A stretch of DNA of 64,000 nucleotides, from assembly GCF_050920415.1 (NCBI RefSeq), contig NZ_CP169309.1. One strand, 5' to 3'. This stretch comes from Escherichia coli. Its GTDB lineage: Bacteria > Pseudomonadota > Gammaproteobacteria > Enterobacterales > Enterobacteriaceae. The position numbers and the translations under genes are program-made. Shown here piece by piece: positions 61,249 through 64,000 of this stretch. The notes beneath the pieces were generated by a model that was given only the letters and a program-made list of their open reading frames with translations, did not search any database and was not told the DNA's origin. Every line of letters begins with the position of its first letter. Within the stretch, counting starts at the first letter, position 1.

Positions 61249-62469
61249 ATGTCTATTTATAAAATCCCTCTTCCGCTGAATATTTTAGAAGCTGCACAGG
61301 AACGTATTACCTGGACACTTAACACCTTGCCCCGTGTTTGCGTTTCTTTTTCGGGGGGTAAAGATTCCGGATTAATGCTGCATCTTACCGCCGAACTTGC
61401 CAGAAAATTGGGAAAAAAAATCTGCGTTTTGTTTATCGACTGGGAAGCACAGTTCTCTTGTACCATCGACTATGTACAGTCGTTACGCGAGTTGTATACC
61501 GACGTTATTGAAGAGTTTTACTGGGTAGCACTCCCACTCAAGACGCAAAATTCCCTTTCACAATACCAACCAGAATGGCAGTGCTGGGAATCTGATGTCG
61601 AATGGGTGCGTCAGCCCCCGCAAGAAGCGATAACCGATCCTGACTTTTTCTCCTTTTACCAGCCAGGCATGACCTTCGAACAATTTGTACGTGAGTTTGC
61701 CGAATGGTTTTCACAAAAACGTCCGGCGGCGATGATGATCGGCATCCGTGCGGATGAGTCCTACAACCGTTTTGTCGCCATCGCCAGTTTAAATAAACAA
61801 CGTTTTGCCGATGATAAGCCCTGGACCACAGCCGCACCAGGCGGTCACTGCTGGTACATTTACCCCATCTACGACTGGAAAGTAGCTGATATCTGGACCT
61901 GGTATGCTAATCATAAATCCCTATGTAACCCATTGTATAATATCATGTATCAGGCAGGCGTTCCCCTGCGTCATATGCGAATTTGCGAACCTTTTGGCCC
62001 GGAGCAACGGCAAGGATTATGGCTCTATCACGTTATCGAACCGGATCGCTGGGCTGCTATGTGCGCACGAGTTAGCGGGGTAAAAAGTGGCGGCATTTAC
62101 GCCGGACATGACAATCATTTTTATGGTCATCGGAAAATCCTCAAACCAGAGCATTTAGACTGGCAAGAGTATGCATTATTGCTGCTTGATAGCATGCCGG
62201 AGAAAACGGCTGAGCATTACCGCAACAAAATTGCCATTTACTTGCATTGGTATCAGAAAAAAGGTATCGAGGTGCCACAGACCCAGGACGGGGACATTGG
62301 CGCGAAAGATATCCCCTCCTGGCGGCGAATTTGCAAGGTGTTACTGAATAACGATTACTGGTGTCGGGCATTATCATTTAGCCCAACCAAAGCGAAGAAT
62401 TATCAGCGTTATAACGAACGGATAAAAGTAAAACGTCAGGAGTGGGGAATACTATGCAACAACAATTAA
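61249..62469 (+). CDS. ybdN: PAPS-reductase-like (PP-loop ATP pyrophosphatase fold) protein, IbrA-like
   Basis: 406 aa; SFSGGKDS PP-loop motif. Confidence 0.88.
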   Translation: MSIYKIPLPLNILEAAQERITWTLNTLPRVCVSFSGGKDSGLMLHLTAELARKLGKKICVLFIDWEAQFSCTIDYVQSLRELYTDVIEEFYWVALPLKTQNSLSQYQPEWQCWESDVEWVRQPPQEAITDPDFFSFYQPGMTFEQFVREFAEWFSQKRPAAMMIGIRADESYNRFVAIASLNKQRFADDKPWTTAAPGGHCWYIYPIYDWKVADIWTWYANHKSLCNPLYNIMYQAGVPLRHMRICEPFGPEQRQGLWLYHVIEPDRWAAMCARVSGVKSGGIYAGHDNHFYGHRKILKPEHLDWQEYALLLLDSMPEKTAEHYRNKIAIYLHWYQKKGIEVPQTQDGDIGAKDIPSWRRICKVLLNNDYWCRALSFSPTKAKNYQRYNERIKVKRQEWGILCNNN

Positions 62470-63071
62470 CGCAGGATTTAACCCAATTTCTCGCCAGCTT
62501 GCCGGAAGACGATCGCATCAAAGCGATTAACGAAATCCGCCTGGCGATCCATCAGGTTAGCCCCTTTCGTGAAGAGCCAGTAGATTGTGTTCTGTGGGTT
62601 AAAAACAGCCAACTTATGCCAAATGATTACAACCCAAACAATGTGGCACCGCCCGAGAAAAAACTGTTACAAAAATCCATTGAGATAGATGGTTTTACCC
62701 AACCTATTGTGGTCACGCACACAGATAAAAATGCTCTGGAAATCGTGGATGGCTTTCACCGTCATGAAATTGGTAAAGGCTCTAACACGTTAAAAATGCG
62801 ATTAAAAGGATATTTACCGGTCACCTGTCTGGAAGGAACACGTAACGAACGCATCGCCGCGACTATTCGTCATAACCGCGCTCGTGGACGCCACCAAATC
62901 ACAGCCATGTCAGAAATCGTTCGTGAACTCAGCCAGTTAGGATGGGACGACAATAAAATCGGCAAAGAGCTGGGTATGGACAGCGACGAAGTGTTGCGCC
63001 TGAAACAAATTAACGGCCTGCAAGAGTTATTTGCTGACCGTCAATATTCCCGCGCCTGGACAGTAAAATAA
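62442..63071 (+). CDS. ybdM: ParB/sulfiredoxin-like nuclease-domain protein, IbrB-like
   Basis: 209 aa; overlaps the ybdN 3' end (GTG at 62442, alternative ATG at 62454). Confidence 0.85.
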   Translation: MGNTMQQQLTQDLTQFLASLPEDDRIKAINEIRLAIHQVSPFREEPVDCVLWVKNSQLMPNDYNPNNVAPPEKKLLQKSIEIDGFTQPIVVTHTDKNALEIVDGFHRHEIGKGSNTLKMRLKGYLPVTCLEGTRNERIAATIRHNRARGRHQITAMSEIVRELSQLGWDDNKIGKELGMDSDEVLRLKQINGLQELFADRQYSRAWTVK

Positions 63072-64000
63072 TTACAGCTGGCGCAGGCGTTCAGCTGCCG
63101 CCAGCAACGTCGATTCCTTCTTGGCAAAACAGAGACGAATGAGCTTATGGGGGAAGGGATCGGCGCAAAATACCGACAGCGGGATCGCCGCCACGCCATG
63201 CTCCCGCGTCAGCCTCTGGCAAAACTCAACGTCATCCAGCGAAGAAACCGCGCTGTAATCCACCAGCAAAAAGTAAGTGCCTTCGCACGGTAAAATCTCC
63301 AGCCGACTCTCACTTAAGGCATTCACCAGAATATCGCGCTTCTGGCGATAAAAGTCCGGTAACGCAAGGTAGTGTTCAGGTTCTGCTCGCAGCATATCGG
63401 CAAGGGCCAGCTGCGCCGGGGTATTCACCGAAAAAGTCAGATACTGATGCACTTTGCGGATCTCGGCGCTGATGGGCGCAGGCGCAACGCAATAGCCCAC
63501 TTTCCAGCCGGTCATATGATAGGTCTTGCCAAACGATGACACCGCCACCGCCCGCTCACGCAGTTGCGGATGCGCCAGCACACTGGCATGGTCCTGCTGT
63601 GAAAAGTTGATATGCTCGTAAACTTCATCGCTAATGACAAAAATCTCGTGCCCGGCAATTGCCTGCCACAAAGCGGAAAAATCAGTCTGCTGCCAGACAG
63701 TAGCACTGGGGTTATGCGGGGTGTTAAGGATCACCAGTCGGGTGCGCTCGCTTAACAATGCGGCAAATTCCTGCCAGTCCACGCGAAAATGCGGTGGTTG
63801 CAGTGCAATACGTTTCACTATTCCACCCGCAAGCGTGATGGCGGGGGCGTAACTGTCATAGCTGGGATCAAAGCAAATCACTTCATCGCCATTGCGCACC
63901 AATGCAGTAATCGCTGCGTACAGCGCTTCCGTCGCCCCTGCTGTTACGGTGATATCGCTGTCGGCATCTGGTTGATAGCCATACAGCCGTTCCGTTTTCT
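63072..64000 (-). CDS. ybdL: PLP-dependent aminotransferase (methionine aminotransferase), C-terminal part; 5' end lies beyond the window
   Basis: Frame stays open to the window edge on the minus strand; class I aminotransferase-like sequence. Confidence 0.88.
   Translation of the reverse strand, partial: KTERLYGYQPDADSDITVTAGATEALYAAITALVRNGDEVICFDPSYDSYAPAITLAGGIVKRIALQPPHFRVDWQEFAALLSERTRLVILNTPHNPSATVWQQTDFSALWQAIAGHEIFVISDEVYEHINFSQQDHASVLAHPQLRERAVAVSSFGKTYHMTGWKVGYCVAPAPISAEIRKVHQYLTFSVNTPAQLALADMLRAEPEHYLALPDFYRQKRDILVNALSESRLEILPCEGTYFLLVDYSAVSSLDDVEFCQRLTREHGVAAIPLSVFCADPFPHKLIRLCFAKKESTLLAAAERLRQL

Overview
This window reads as a contiguous stretch of Escherichia coli chromosome (the nagD-asnB ... 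leuS ... lipA ... cit ... ahpCF ... ybdL region, about 14-15 min), reverse-complemented relative to K-12 numbering. It is almost entirely core housekeeping content: a seven-gene tRNA operon (Met-Leu-Gln-Gln-Met-Gln-Gln), ubiF, miaB-ybeZ-ybeY-corC-lnt, gltIJKL, rihA, hscC, the leuS-lptE-holA-nadD-cobC-rsfS-rlmH-mrdA-mrdB-rlpA-dacA block, lipB/lipA, tatE, crcB, cspE, pagP, dcuC, dpiBA with citCDEFXG-citT, rna, rnk, uspG, ahpCF, dsbG and ybdONML. I found no transposase, integrase, CRISPR array or prophage genes. I do not see a clear novel multi-gene system. Three points differ from my memory of the K-12 reference: a 145-aa secreted-protein ORF between asnB and the tRNA promoter, an intact ybeM, and no ybdR between rnk and uspG. 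The most system-like structure is the tandemly duplicated DUF1266 + J-domain + Sel1-repeat module next to hscC, followed by the PAPS-reductase-like/ParB-like pair ybdN-ybdM with its AT-rich LysR neighbour. All gene names come from recognising the translated proteins and gene order; no database search was run.
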